A stretch of 64,000 bases of DNA from Acidobacteriota bacterium (lineage in GTDB: Bacteria > Acidobacteriota > UBA6911 > RPQK01 > JAJDTT01): assembly GCA_965263035.1 (NCBI GenBank), contig OZ253580.1, positions 3,392,001 to 3,456,000 on the forward strand. The letters are read 5' to 3'. The notes below the pieces were generated by a model. It was not told the origin of the DNA. It searched no databases and saw nothing but the letters and a program-made list of their open reading frames with translations. Both the position numbers and the translations under genes were made by a program. Position 1 is the first letter of the stretch. Each line of letters begins with the position of its first letter. Below are positions 9,870 through 19,583 of the stretch, in pieces.

Positions 9870-10996
9870 TAGAACGCGTACTTCTCGACCACGGACTGGT
9901 CCACCGTCACCCCCAGGCCCGGGCTTTCCCGGACCTCGATATACCCGTCCTCCTGGACCCAGGGATCGCTCACCAGTTCATGCTGCATGGGGGAGGTGTG
10001 GGGCTTGAAGTCCATGGCCGCCCCGTGGGTCGAGTTGGCCAGGAGATGGACGCTCGCCGCCGTATTCAAGGCGCTGCTCCAAGTATGGGCGGAGAACTGA
10101 ATGTTCTGGGCCTCGATCAGCGGAACGACTTTGGCGCAGCCGGTGATCCCCAGACACCGTCCCGGGTCCATCTGCACCACATCCACGGCGCCGTGCTTCA
10201 AGAGGCGCCGGTAGCCCTCCGGATTCCATTCCTGTTCGCCGGTGCCGATGGGGGTCTGGGTCCCGGCGCGGAGGAGCCGGTGGGCCGCATAGTCCTGAGG
10301 CGGCAGGGGCTCTTCGATCCAGCGTAGCCGGTAGGCTTCGAAGTCCCGAACCCGGCGAATCGCCTCCTGGGCGCTCCATTTCACCCGGCCTCCCAGCACG
10401 TCGAACACGATGTCGCAGTCGGGGCCGACGATCTCGCGGACGTCTCGAACCAGCGCCAGGTCCTTGGCATGGTCCAGCCCGAACACGGCGTCCGGCTGGC
10501 TGCCCCAGCCACCCTTGACGATCCGATATCCCTGATCCTTGAAGGTCTGGAACTCATTCAGGGTCCAGTCCAGGTCCACCATGTCCAGGTGGATGGACGC
10601 CATCGCCACGACACGCGGCACGACCCGTCCTCCCATCAGGCGGCATACCGGCTGGTTCAGCAGGTGTCCCTTCAGGTCCCAAAGAGCCATGTCCACGGCG
10701 CTCACGGCGAATCCCGCGATGCCCTGGGGGCCGTACCACCAGATGTGATTCAGAAGTTTGTGCCACAGGCGTTCCACGTCGAGGGCGTTCTCCCCGGTGA
10801 GCATGGGAGCGTATCCGCGTTCGATGACGGTCTTGACGGCCGCGGCCGACTCGGGGAACTGGCTGATGCATTCGCCCCAGCCCACAGCTCCCCCCTCCGC
10901 TTCCACCCGTGCCAGGGTGATGTAACGGATGTTGTTGTGGTCGTGAGGCTCCGGATAGCGCAAGGGATATGCGTCGACACGGCGAATTTTCGTCAT
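9869..10996 (-). CDS. Mandelate racemase/muconate lactonizing enzyme (enolase superfamily) protein
   Basis: VGWGE, SAVDMALWDLKG, WIEEP, GTGE, QMD; ATG 10996. Confidence 0.9.
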   Translation of the reverse strand: MTKIRRVDAYPLRYPEPHDHNNIRYITLARVEAEGGAVGWGECISQFPESAAAVKTVIERGYAPMLTGENALDVERLWHKLLNHIWWYGPQGIAGFAVSAVDMALWDLKGHLLNQPVCRLMGGRVVPRVVAMASIHLDMVDLDWTLNEFQTFKDQGYRIVKGGWGSQPDAVFGLDHAKDLALVRDVREIVGPDCDIVFDVLGGRVKWSAQEAIRRVRDFEAYRLRWIEEPLPPQDYAAHRLLRAGTQTPIGTGEQEWNPEGYRRLLKHGAVDVVQMDPGRCLGITGCAKVVPLIEAQNIQFSAHTWSSALNTAASVHLLANSTHGAAMDFKPHTSPMQHELVSDPWVQEDGYIEVRESPGLGVTVDQSVVEKYAF

Positions 10997-11040
10997 GGTC
11001 TCGACCTTATCGGCGTGAGGGGACGGAGGATTGCGGAGGA

Positions 11041-14000
11041 TCAGCGCACATAGATGAACTCCGGCGCGTTGAACAGCGCGTGAGCTGCATCCTTCCAAAC
11101 TTGCGCCGATTGCATCATGGGAACCCGCCCTTCCTCGGTCGGCGCCTCCCGCTCGTGCAGTGCGGCGATGTCGTTGACGGCTTCAGACCAGCGAGTCAAT
11201 TCCTCGGCCTCGGGGTTCCGGTTGAAGGCTCGTTTGAACATGTAGGCCAGCCGGTCGCGAGGCGATTCGTGGGGTGTTGCCACCAGCTCACGGGCCCAGA
11301 ATTCAGCCTGTCCCGCGACGAAGGGGTCGTTCAGCAGTGCCAAGGCCTGAGCGGGAACGTTGGTGACGTCCCGGCGTCCGATGGGAATCTTGGGTTTCGG
11401 CTGGTTGAAAGTCGCTAGCAGTTTGGAAGGCTCCATGACGGTCATCTTGAGATAGATGGAGCGGCGCCCGTCGCCGTCGAGGGGTCCGGAGAAGAGGCGT
11501 TTGGTCGCATCCTCCATCTTGCGATAGGGGTTGAGGGGTTCGCCGAAGAGACTCCGGTCCAACCGCCCCGAGACGGCCAGCAGCGTATCGCGAATCGACT
11601 CGGCATCCAGGCGCCGGAGGGACATGTGATGCCAGAGGCGGTTGAAGGGATCCGTCTCCATGGCTCGTGCACTGGCCTGCCCGGATTGCCTGAAGGTCTC
11701 GCTCAAGACCAGGTTCCGAATCAACTGCTTCAAGGACCAGCCGTTTCGAACGAAGTCGTCCGCCAGGTAGTCCAGCAGTTGCGGGTGTGTGGGTTGATCT
11801 CCCAGGTGGCCGAAATCGTTGGGGGTGGAGACGATCCCGCTCCCGAACACCCATTGCCAGACTCGGTTGACGAACACGCGGGCCGTCAGAGGGTTCTCGG
11901 GGCTGGTCACCAGGTTGGCCAATTCCAGCCGGCCGCTGCCCTCCGGACGGCCATCGTGGCCCGCCCTCAGGACCCGAACGTGCCCCCGGGGAATCAGGTC
12001 TCCCAGGTCTTCGTACACTCCCCGGATATTGACGCGGTAGTCCCGACCCGGGTCCAAGTCGACCATGCCGTTGATGGTCTGGGGTTCCAGAAGCCGTTTC
12101 TCCACCGTGCGGTAGGAGGAGACCAGCTCTCGGACCGGCTCCCGGTCCTCCAGGCTGTTGGGCAACAGCTTCCGGTTGAGCATCCAATTGATCAAGAGGA
12201 CGTCATCCTCGTCCGCGCGATCGTTACCCCAGTCTTCGAGGGAAGCGGTCAGCCATCGCCCATACCGCGCCGCGGCTTCCGGCCGGCTGGATGGAGGATC
12301 GCCGGAGAAGAGAGGCTCGAATCGGGACAACTCGTCCGCCGGCGACTCGACGCAATCGAAGATCGCGCCGTAGTTCGTGACCTTGCCTTTATTGACGAGG
12401 TACGCCCGGGTGATGCCGAACCAGCTCTTCGGGTCGTGCGACCCGCAGTCGTCCTTCTTGATTTCTTCCTCTTTACATCCGCCCAGCCCATACCGCGGTG
12501 GAAAGTAGGGGTTGGAGGTCTTGGTCGTGAACTCGAGATAGTTCCGGGTTTCCGCTGCCTCGACGGCTGATTTCGGCCAGGCACTCTTGTCGGCCGCGTT
12601 CTGGGTGTGGCACACCCAATGCAACTCGTCGTCGTCCATGTATCCCCACTCACGCTCGGTCAGGAACCCGTTGTCCACCACGAGCCGGCGGGTGCTCAAG
12701 TCGCCGCCGTTCATTTCCAGGCTGACGACCCGGGGACTGGTTGGATCCAGGAAAGGGCTGCGGAGGGCGCCGTTGAGCCGCGGCGAGATCGCGTGGGTGA
12801 ACAGCCCCGCCGGAAGCAGCATGTCCACCGCGTCGGTTCCCTCCAGCGCCACCGTGAAGTCGCCGTTGGAGACGGTACCGTCGCGCAGTCCGACCCCATC
12901 CACCGACCAGCCTTCCGGAACCCCCTCCCGGAAATCGGCCATCAGGGGGAAATTCTGGGCATTGGTCTGCGAACGCTCCTGTTGGGCGGTTCCATATTCC
13001 TGGGCCAGATCTGACCAGCGGCCGTCGATGCTGCCGCCCTGTTTCGCCGATTCGTGCAACTGCAGCCAGGGATAGAGAATATCCTCCAGTGCAGGCTTGT
13101 CTTCCGCCTCCTCCTCTTCGGACTCTTTCTCGGCCGCTTCCCTTTCCTCGGCTTCTTCAGCCTTCTTTTCGCTTTCGGCCGGCTCCTCGACCGGTTCGAA
13201 CCGGAGCGCCTTCTCCCAGGCCTGCAGCCGCTCGGGCTTCAAGCCTTGAGCCAGTTGGTCCGCAGCTTCATCCCCGTCGATACGTGCCTGTGCGGCCTGG
13301 ATATAGGCCGGTATGTCTTCGGACGCCTCCAGCCACCAGTCCGCCAGCGGTTCCCGCATGCTCTGCTTGACGGCCGATAGTTCCTGGATGACTTGTTTGT
13401 TGCGATCGGGCAGATCCAGCGTGTTGGTCCCCCAGCGGGAGCTCATTAGCACGCCGGCCAGCGCGTAGTAGTCCTTCTGGGCGACGGCGTCCAGTTTGTG
13501 GTCGTGGCAGCGTGCGCAAGCGACGGTCATGGCCTGAAACGCCTTGGAGAAGGCGTCGATCTTGTCGTCCACCATCTCCTGGTGGATGCCGTTGAAGATC
13601 ACGCTGTCCCCGTGACGCTTCTCGCCCATCATGTAGAACATGGGGCCGATGAGCGACTCGTTGATCTGTTGCGAATTGTTGATTCTCGGAGTCTCCACCA
13701 GGTCGCCGGCGATCTGCTCGCGTACCAGACGATCGAAAGGCAGGTCGTCGTTGAAGGCGCGGATCAGGTAGTCTCGAAATCGCCAGGCGCCCTTGGCCGG
13801 GATGTCCCACTCGTAGCCGTAGGTATCGCTGTACCGAACGACGTCCATCCAGTGACGCGCCCAGCGCTCACCGAAATGGGGGGTGTCGAGCAGGCTGTCC
13901 ACCAGGCGAGCGTAGGCGCCCTCGTCCGAATCGCGGACGAAGGCCTCGACCTGCTCTGCGGTCGGCGGCAGGCCGGTCAGCACCAGGCTCAGGCGCCGGA

Positions 14001-14637
14001 CCAACGTGCTCCGGTCCGCCCGGGGAGCCGGCTCCAGCCCATTCTTCTCCAGTTGGGCGAGGATGAAGCGGTCCATGGGGAGATCCGACCAGCGCTCGTT
14101 CTCGACCTGAGGCAGCGGCGGACGGACGATCGGTTGAAGACTCCACCACTGGCTCCGTTCCTTGAAGACTTCTTCCCATGAATCGTCCGCCACATACGCC
14201 GTTTTGGCTGCGGGGGGCGCGTCGCGTGGGTCGGGTGCTCCCAGGAGGATCCATTGTTCGAAGTCATCGATGGTCTCGGCCGCCAGTTGAGCTCCACCCA
14301 GGGGCATCGGGGTTCCAGAACCGTCGTGCCGGATGGCTCGAATCAGGGGACTCTGGTCCGGATTGCCCGGGATCAGCGCCGGTCCCGACTGGCCGCCTTC
14401 CTGCCACCCGCCCCGATGGTCGAGACGCAGGCCGCCCATGGCCTGGGTCTCGCTGTGACAGCTGTGACAGCTCTCGACCAGGACGGGACGGATTCGCTTT
14501 TCGAAGAATTCCAGCTCGGCCGGGCTGACCCCCTTCTCGGCAGGCTCCGCCGCCCCTCCGAGCGCCCAGGTGCAGACCACCGTCCAGGCGGCGACTCGCA
14601 AGAAGTGTTTCGGTATCCCAACTGCGAAGCTATTCAT
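11041..14637 (-). CDS. Planctomycete cytochrome c / PSD1 domain protein (DUF1549 + DUF1553)
   Basis: FFEKRIRPVLVESCHSCH, FGERWARHWMDVVRY, CARCH, NPLTARVFVNRVWQWVFG; Glu-rich internal linker; start codon uncertain. Confidence 0.92.
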   Translation of the reverse strand: MNSFAVGIPKHFLRVAAWTVVCTWALGGAAEPAEKGVSPAELEFFEKRIRPVLVESCHSCHSETQAMGGLRLDHRGGWQEGGQSGPALIPGNPDQSPLIRAIRHDGSGTPMPLGGAQLAAETIDDFEQWILLGAPDPRDAPPAAKTAYVADDSWEEVFKERSQWWSLQPIVRPPLPQVENERWSDLPMDRFILAQLEKNGLEPAPRADRSTLVRRLSLVLTGLPPTAEQVEAFVRDSDEGAYARLVDSLLDTPHFGERWARHWMDVVRYSDTYGYEWDIPAKGAWRFRDYLIRAFNDDLPFDRLVREQIAGDLVETPRINNSQQINESLIGPMFYMMGEKRHGDSVIFNGIHQEMVDDKIDAFSKAFQAMTVACARCHDHKLDAVAQKDYYALAGVLMSSRWGTNTLDLPDRNKQVIQELSAVKQSMREPLADWWLEASEDIPAYIQAAQARIDGDEAADQLAQGLKPERLQAWEKALRFEPVEEPAESEKKAEEAEEREAAEKESEEEEAEDKPALEDILYPWLQLHESAKQGGSIDGRWSDLAQEYGTAQQERSQTNAQNFPLMADFREGVPEGWSVDGVGLRDGTVSNGDFTVALEGTDAVDMLLPAGLFTHAISPRLNGALRSPFLDPTSPRVVSLEMNGGDLSTRRLVVDNGFLTEREWGYMDDDELHWVCHTQNAADKSAWPKSAVEAAETRNYLEFTTKTSNPYFPPRYGLGGCKEEEIKKDDCGSHDPKSWFGITRAYLVNKGKVTNYGAIFDCVESPADELSRFEPLFSGDPPSSRPEAAARYGRWLTASLEDWGNDRADEDDVLLINWMLNRKLLPNSLEDREPVRELVSSYRTVEKRLLEPQTINGMVDLDPGRDYRVNIRGVYEDLGDLIPRGHVRVLRAGHDGRPEGSGRLELANLVTSPENPLTARVFVNRVWQWVFGSGIVSTPNDFGHLGDQPTHPQLLDYLADDFVRNGWSLKQLIRNLVLSETFRQSGQASARAMETDPFNRLWHHMSLRRLDAESIRDTLLAVSGRLDRSLFGEPLNPYRKMEDATKRLFSGPLDGDGRRSIYLKMTVMEPSKLLATFNQPKPKIPIGRRDVTNVPAQALALLNDPFVAGQAEFWARELVATPHESPRDRLAYMFKRAFNRNPEAEELTRWSEAVNDIAALHEREAPTEEGRVPMMQSAQVWKDAAHALFNAPEFIYVR

Positions 14638-14677
14638 CGTCGAGACAGCCCTCCAAGTCACGAGCAACCTTGTCGCT

Positions 14678-15676
14678 TCAAAATATCGCGATTGGATTCA
14701 TGGGAGAACCCGTCGCCCCCTCCACCGGAATCGGAGCCGTGCTCAGGAGAAACTCCCAGCGTTGGCGTTCCGCCGCCGCCTGGCTCACGGCCTCCAGGTC
14801 GCAACTGTCGAAGATATGAACTCCCATCGCGATCAGGACCAGCTGATGGATCGGATGGGTGATCCCTTCCACCAGGGAAGGATGGACGTCGCTGGCGGCT
14901 TCACTTCCCAGCATCGCCACGTCCCGCTCCTTCAGCCACTTGGCGCAGGAGGCGTGGAGGCCGGACGAGGCCTTCGTCACGTCCCAGGGACCGAGCGCCT
15001 CCCGCCGGGCCCAGCGGCCGGTCCGGATAAAGACGACGTCCCCACTCGAAACCCTGAATCCCGCCTTCTTCTCCCAAGCTTCCAGGTCTTCGGGAAAGAT
15101 GGGAGTCCCGGGTTCCAGGTAGGGCACTCCCTTCAGTTTCGGGATGTCGAACAGGACACCGCGCGTGAAGATGCCGTTCTTGAGCTTGTGAATGTCCAGT
15201 TGCCGGGCGCCTTCCCCGGTCACCTCCTCTTGGGAGTAACCGTTGTACATCTTGCCCTGGTAGAACATGTGGCACAGGGCATCCAGATGAGTGTGCGCGT
15301 AACCGTGGAAGGAAACCGAAAGTGTATCGACGGCGTACTGGGCGTCTTCGTCGAGCCCGGTCATGGTCATGACATGCTGATAGGGAGAGGAATTATCGAT
15401 GGATTTCTCCTTGGCAGCGTCCCGCGACAAGGACACGGTGAAGCCGTCCTTGACCAGAGCGGCCGCCTGCCTCCGCTTTTCAGGAGTAATCAGGTTGAGG
15501 GCGCCCAACTGATCGTCCGGGCCCCAGCGGCCCCAGTTGGAAAGCTCCTTCATCCAGCGGTCGACGTCTTCGTTGGTGCGGGGATATCTTGGTTGAGCCT
15601 GAGGCTCCGGGGACAGACAGTGGATTAGGAACGGAAGCAGAATACCGGCAAGAAGAATGACTCGGAACGTAGGCAC
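14678..15676 (-). CDS. Cyclase-family (kynurenine formamidase-like) metal hydrolase with signal peptide
   Basis: NWGRWGPDDQLGALN, HGYAHTHLDALCH, GDVVFIRTG, GSPMNPIAIF; GTG 15676 with GAGGGG RBS. Confidence 0.88.
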   Translation of the reverse strand: MPTFRVILLAGILLPFLIHCLSPEPQAQPRYPRTNEDVDRWMKELSNWGRWGPDDQLGALNLITPEKRRQAAALVKDGFTVSLSRDAAKEKSIDNSSPYQHVMTMTGLDEDAQYAVDTLSVSFHGYAHTHLDALCHMFYQGKMYNGYSQEEVTGEGARQLDIHKLKNGIFTRGVLFDIPKLKGVPYLEPGTPIFPEDLEAWEKKAGFRVSSGDVVFIRTGRWARREALGPWDVTKASSGLHASCAKWLKERDVAMLGSEAASDVHPSLVEGITHPIHQLVLIAMGVHIFDSCDLEAVSQAAAERQRWEFLLSTAPIPVEGATGSPMNPIAIF

Positions 15677-15835
15677 GGTGTTCCCCTCGGACTCGGAATC
15701 AGACGATGGACACATTATTACTCCCAGAACCGTCCGGTTCAAACCGGTCGACAGGAGGGGACATTCTTGTCCCCCACTCTCCCAAGAATCAAGGCGCTTG
15801 GTGGTTTACGCGACGTGTTCCAATTGCGTTGCGGG

Positions 15836-16888
15836 CTACGCCAGCGTATTGGTCCAACCGATCAGAAACATGGCCGCAGACAAAATCAGGATAGAGATCC
15901 CCATCACGGCCATGGACTTCCTCGAGGCGCCGGTCCACTCGCCACTCAACGACCCCCAGACGGTGGCGGCGATGATCGACATGGCCGAGGCCATGGGCCA
16001 GCCGATGACTTCTCGAAGGTCACCCAGCATGGAGCCTCCAATGCCGTACGTGACGACGCCGGAGACCCAAAGTATCCCCATGGCCGCACCCACGCCGTAG
16101 TGAAACGGCTGCCCCCGGAAAATGTGCCAGCTCCTCCCCTTGAAGATCAGGTAGACGCAGTAGCCCGCGTTCACCAGGAAACCTGCGGACAAGGCCACGA
16201 CCCAGATGACGTTCGAGGCCATCGAGGGCGAAGTCCCAAGCAGGACGGCCTGATCGGCCAGCTTGATCCCATAGGCGAAGCTCAGATTCAGCATGGGTGA
16301 GAGTATCCCCGACAGGGCGGCCACCAGCAGTCCCAGGAACAACGGCGCCGACCCCGTGGATTCTTTGGCCGGGGTCTCGGAAATCTCCTCCGGATTCCGG
16401 GCGCGTCCGGGGGATTCTTCTCTCAACTTTCCCGCCCAGGCGGAGAGCAGGACACCGACGACGACCAGCAGGACTCCGGCGCAGATCACCATGCCCTTGA
16501 CCGTCAGAAATTCGTCCCAGTGGAGCAGAACGAACGGCGCCATCGTGCCGACGGCCGCGGTCAGGCCCATGACGATGGCGTAGCTCAGCGCCAAGCCGAC
16601 CATCTTTAGTGCCAATCCGTAGAGGACGGACCCCACTCCCCACCCCATGCCGAACAGGAAGACCAGAAGCAGGTCGCGGACTTCGGCCGCCGCCAGGACG
16701 GCAAACAGAGACTCGATGGTGAGAAAACCGAGGAGCCAGGGAATCAAAATCATTGCAGTCACGGAAAAAAGAAGCCAGATATGCTCCCATTTCCAGCTGC
16801 GCGTGAACTTGAGTCCCAATCCAAAGGCGGAATTGGCCGTAGATCCCGTCAGGATCACCAGAATTCCGAGGCCGAAACCGGTTTCCAT
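15836..16888 (-). CDS. L-rhamnose/proton symporter (RhaT) family transporter
   Basis: About 10 TM segments; WKWEHIWL, FGMGWGVG, GLALSYAIVMGL, VIGW, WGSLSGEW. Confidence 0.8.
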   Translation of the reverse strand: METGFGLGILVILTGSTANSAFGLGLKFTRSWKWEHIWLLFSVTAMILIPWLLGFLTIESLFAVLAAAEVRDLLLVFLFGMGWGVGSVLYGLALKMVGLALSYAIVMGLTAAVGTMAPFVLLHWDEFLTVKGMVICAGVLLVVVGVLLSAWAGKLREESPGRARNPEEISETPAKESTGSAPLFLGLLVAALSGILSPMLNLSFAYGIKLADQAVLLGTSPSMASNVIWVVALSAGFLVNAGYCVYLIFKGRSWHIFRGQPFHYGVGAAMGILWVSGVVTYGIGGSMLGDLREVIGWPMASAMSIIAATVWGSLSGEWTGASRKSMAVMGISILILSAAMFLIGWTNTLA

Positions 16889-17078
16889 GGGCAAGTCTCC
16901 CTTCCGGAAACTACATATCCCAAATCACAATTTAAAGAGGCGAGAGGTTGCGAAATCCTAACACGCGCGCAGGGGGACGACGGCATGTCGATACCCTCAA
17001 GGGCCGACTACGATAGTGGACAATCCAGCCGCCGTTGCCGGATCATGGGTCGTCCCGTCGGGTTTGACTGGAGGTGAC

Positions 17079-18263
17079 ATGGAGACCATCAAATTGCCGA
17101 AGCTGGCCATCACCATGGAAGAAGGGATCGTCGTGCGTTGGCTCAAGCAGGAAGGCGAGCCCGTTGCCAAGGGTGAACCCGTGGTCGAGATCGAGACCGA
17201 GAAGGCCAATGCCGAGATCGAATCCACCTGTGCCGGCTACCTCAAGAGAATCACCGTCAAGGAAAGTGAAACCGTGCCGGTGGAAGCCGTGCTGGCATAT
17301 ATCGCCAGCGATGAAGCGGAATTGAAGGCTCCCTTCGAACCCGCCGCAGGGCGCGTGTCCCAGCCGAGGGCAGAAACTGAGCCGGTTTCCACGAAACCAT
17401 CTCTCAAGACCGCACCACGCACCGCCCAGCGCCCCGTGTCCAGACTGAAAGGCCCTGTGCGCGCCGCTCCGGCGGCCCGCCGGTTGGCCCGGGAACTGGG
17501 CCTGGATCTGGCATCCATCCCGGGGACCGGTCCCGGGGGACGCATCCTGCCGGCGGACGTTCGCCGGGCGCAGGCCGCTGCCACCGAGACCCGGGAAGAC
17601 CCGCTCCAAAAGCGAAAGCCGATCATCGCCACCCTGACCAAGTCCATCCAGTCGATTCCCCACATCTACATCTGCAGGGAACTGCCCGCGGATGGGTTGA
17701 TCGCCCTGAAGCAACGCGCCCGGGACGTTACCTACACGGAGATCCTGCTCAAGGCCCTGGCGCTGGCGGTCGAGGAATTTCCCGCGTTCAAGACTTCCCT
17801 GGTGGGTGACCGGCTTTACCAGCCGGAGACGACCAGGCTGGGGTTCGTCGTCGACGTGGACGACGCCCTGGTGATCCCGACCATCGAAGACCCGGCAAGC
17901 AAGTCGATCCAGGACCTGGCTGCCGAGGTTCGCGGTCTGACCCGCCGGGCCCGGCAGGGGGGACTCCAGCACGCCGACGTGAGCGGCGCAACCGTGAGCC
18001 TGAGCAATCTTGGAATGCACGAAGTCGACCTCTTCACCGCCGTCATCCCGTACGGCCAGGTCGCCGTGCTGACCACCGGCCGTATCCGATATCAGCCGAC
18101 CATCCAGGAGGGAACGCTCGTGGAAGTCCCCCGGCTGTGGGCGAACCTGACCGTAGACCATCGCTTGATCGACGGCGTCGCCGCTGCCAAATTCCTGAAA
18201 ACTCTGGCCAATCTGCTCCGTGATGGGAGCGGCGGCTTTCTTGCCGCCGACTGGGGAGGTTAG
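17079..18263 (+). CDS. Dihydrolipoamide acyltransferase (E2) of a 2-oxoacid dehydrogenase complex
   Basis: Lipoyl domain IETEKA, E3-binding AAPAARRLARELG/GTGPGGRI, catalytic SNLG and DHRLIDG; RBS GGAGGTG. Confidence 0.92.
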   Translation: METIKLPKLAITMEEGIVVRWLKQEGEPVAKGEPVVEIETEKANAEIESTCAGYLKRITVKESETVPVEAVLAYIASDEAELKAPFEPAAGRVSQPRAETEPVSTKPSLKTAPRTAQRPVSRLKGPVRAAPAARRLARELGLDLASIPGTGPGGRILPADVRRAQAAATETREDPLQKRKPIIATLTKSIQSIPHIYICRELPADGLIALKQRARDVTYTEILLKALALAVEEFPAFKTSLVGDRLYQPETTRLGFVVDVDDALVIPTIEDPASKSIQDLAAEVRGLTRRARQGGLQHADVSGATVSLSNLGMHEVDLFTAVIPYGQVAVLTTGRIRYQPTIQEGTLVEVPRLWANLTVDHRLIDGVAAAKFLKTLANLLRDGSGGFLAADWGG

Positions 18264-18286
18264 GGGGGACCGCAGTCCCCCCTCTT
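18262..18286 (+). terminator. GC hairpin after E2 (possible terminator or stabilising stem)
   Basis: AGGGGGGAC-CGCA-GTCCCCCCT followed by only a weak U tract. Confidence 0.45.
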
Positions 18287-18377
18287 GTCCCTCTGCCAAA
18301 ACGGGTATGTCCGGACCCCTCCCATATTCTTTACTGACGCTCGGGACGCAAGCTAGAATGACCCGACCTCTGGTCCC

Positions 18378-19583
18378 ATGAGACTTTATGAGTTCGAGTC
18401 GAAACAGCTTCTGGCCCGGAGCGGGATCAGGGTTCCCCGATCTCAACTGATCACTTCAACTTCTTCCACTCCCCCGTCCGAAGACCTCCTGCCCGGAATC
18501 GTCAAAGTCCAGACCCTGAGTGGAAAGCGGGCCCTCCGGGGCGGTGTCCAGCCGGTCGACGATGTCGACGCCGTCAGAGACTTTGCCCAGCGCTTCCTGA
18601 AACAGGGCTTCGGGGACGAACCGGTGGACCGCATTCTCCTGGAAGAACGGATCGACTTCACCGCGGAATACTTCCTGGGCATCACCTACGACAACCGCGC
18701 ACGGAAACCCCTCCTGCTCTTCTCCCGGCACGGCGGCGCCAATATCGAAGAGACGGCCCGGTCCAGTCCGGACCTGGTCAAGACTCAATTGCTGCCGACG
18801 GGCGGAGACGTTCGTACCTACCAGGCCATCGAATGGCTTTCCGCATGGGGTTTTTCCGGAAAGCTGCTGCTGCGTCTGGCGGTGCTGGTTCGAAAGATGG
18901 CTCTCTTGTTTCACCGCTACGACGCCCTGCTGCTGGAGTTCAACCCGCTGGCGAGCACGGACTGGCAGGATCTCGTGGTACTGGACTGTCACATGGACAT
19001 CGACGACGATGCGCTGAAGCGCCAGTCGCTGGACTTCGAGGGGCTGTCGAGCCGGATGGAAGGCGCGCGGCAGCCGACGGAATTCGAGCAGAAAGCCCGC
19101 GAGATCGACCAGCTCGACTATCGCGGCGTCGCCGGCAGGATGATCGAGTTCGACGGCAATCTGGGACTCCTTATCGGAGGCGGAGGCGCCAGTCTCACCG
19201 CCTTCGATGCGGTGCGGAACTCGGGAGGGTCTCCCGCCAACTACTGTGAAATCGGGGGAAATCCGACGGTCAGGAAGGTGCAGGAATTGACGAAGCTCCT
19301 GGTCAGCCGGCCGGGAGTGGAGAAACTGGCCGTGATCATGAACGTGGTCAGCAACACCCGGTCCGATTTGGTGGCCCGGGGTGTGATCAAGGGGATGGTC
19401 GAGGCGGGCAGAGACCCGGAGCAGACAATTGCCGTGTTTCGCCTTCCGGGTGCCGGCGAAGAAGAGTGCAAGAAGATACTCAAGCACTACGGCGTTCCCT
19501 TTTGCGGCCGGGAAGTGTCCATTGACGAGGCCGCCGCCCTGGCGGTCGAGCGGGCGGGAAACGAAACCGAACATCGGGCCTGA
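18378..19583 (+). CDS. ADP-forming acyl-CoA synthetase beta subunit (SucC / citryl-CoA synthetase / ATP-citrate lyase-like)
   Basis: MRLYEFESKQLL, ATP-grasp region, LEFNPL; ligase domain GGGGASL and PANYCEIGGNP. Confidence 0.85.
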   Translation: MRLYEFESKQLLARSGIRVPRSQLITSTSSTPPSEDLLPGIVKVQTLSGKRALRGGVQPVDDVDAVRDFAQRFLKQGFGDEPVDRILLEERIDFTAEYFLGITYDNRARKPLLLFSRHGGANIEETARSSPDLVKTQLLPTGGDVRTYQAIEWLSAWGFSGKLLLRLAVLVRKMALLFHRYDALLLEFNPLASTDWQDLVVLDCHMDIDDDALKRQSLDFEGLSSRMEGARQPTEFEQKAREIDQLDYRGVAGRMIEFDGNLGLLIGGGGASLTAFDAVRNSGGSPANYCEIGGNPTVRKVQELTKLLVSRPGVEKLAVIMNVVSNTRSDLVARGVIKGMVEAGRDPEQTIAVFRLPGAGEEECKKILKHYGVPFCGREVSIDEAAALAVERAGNETEHRA

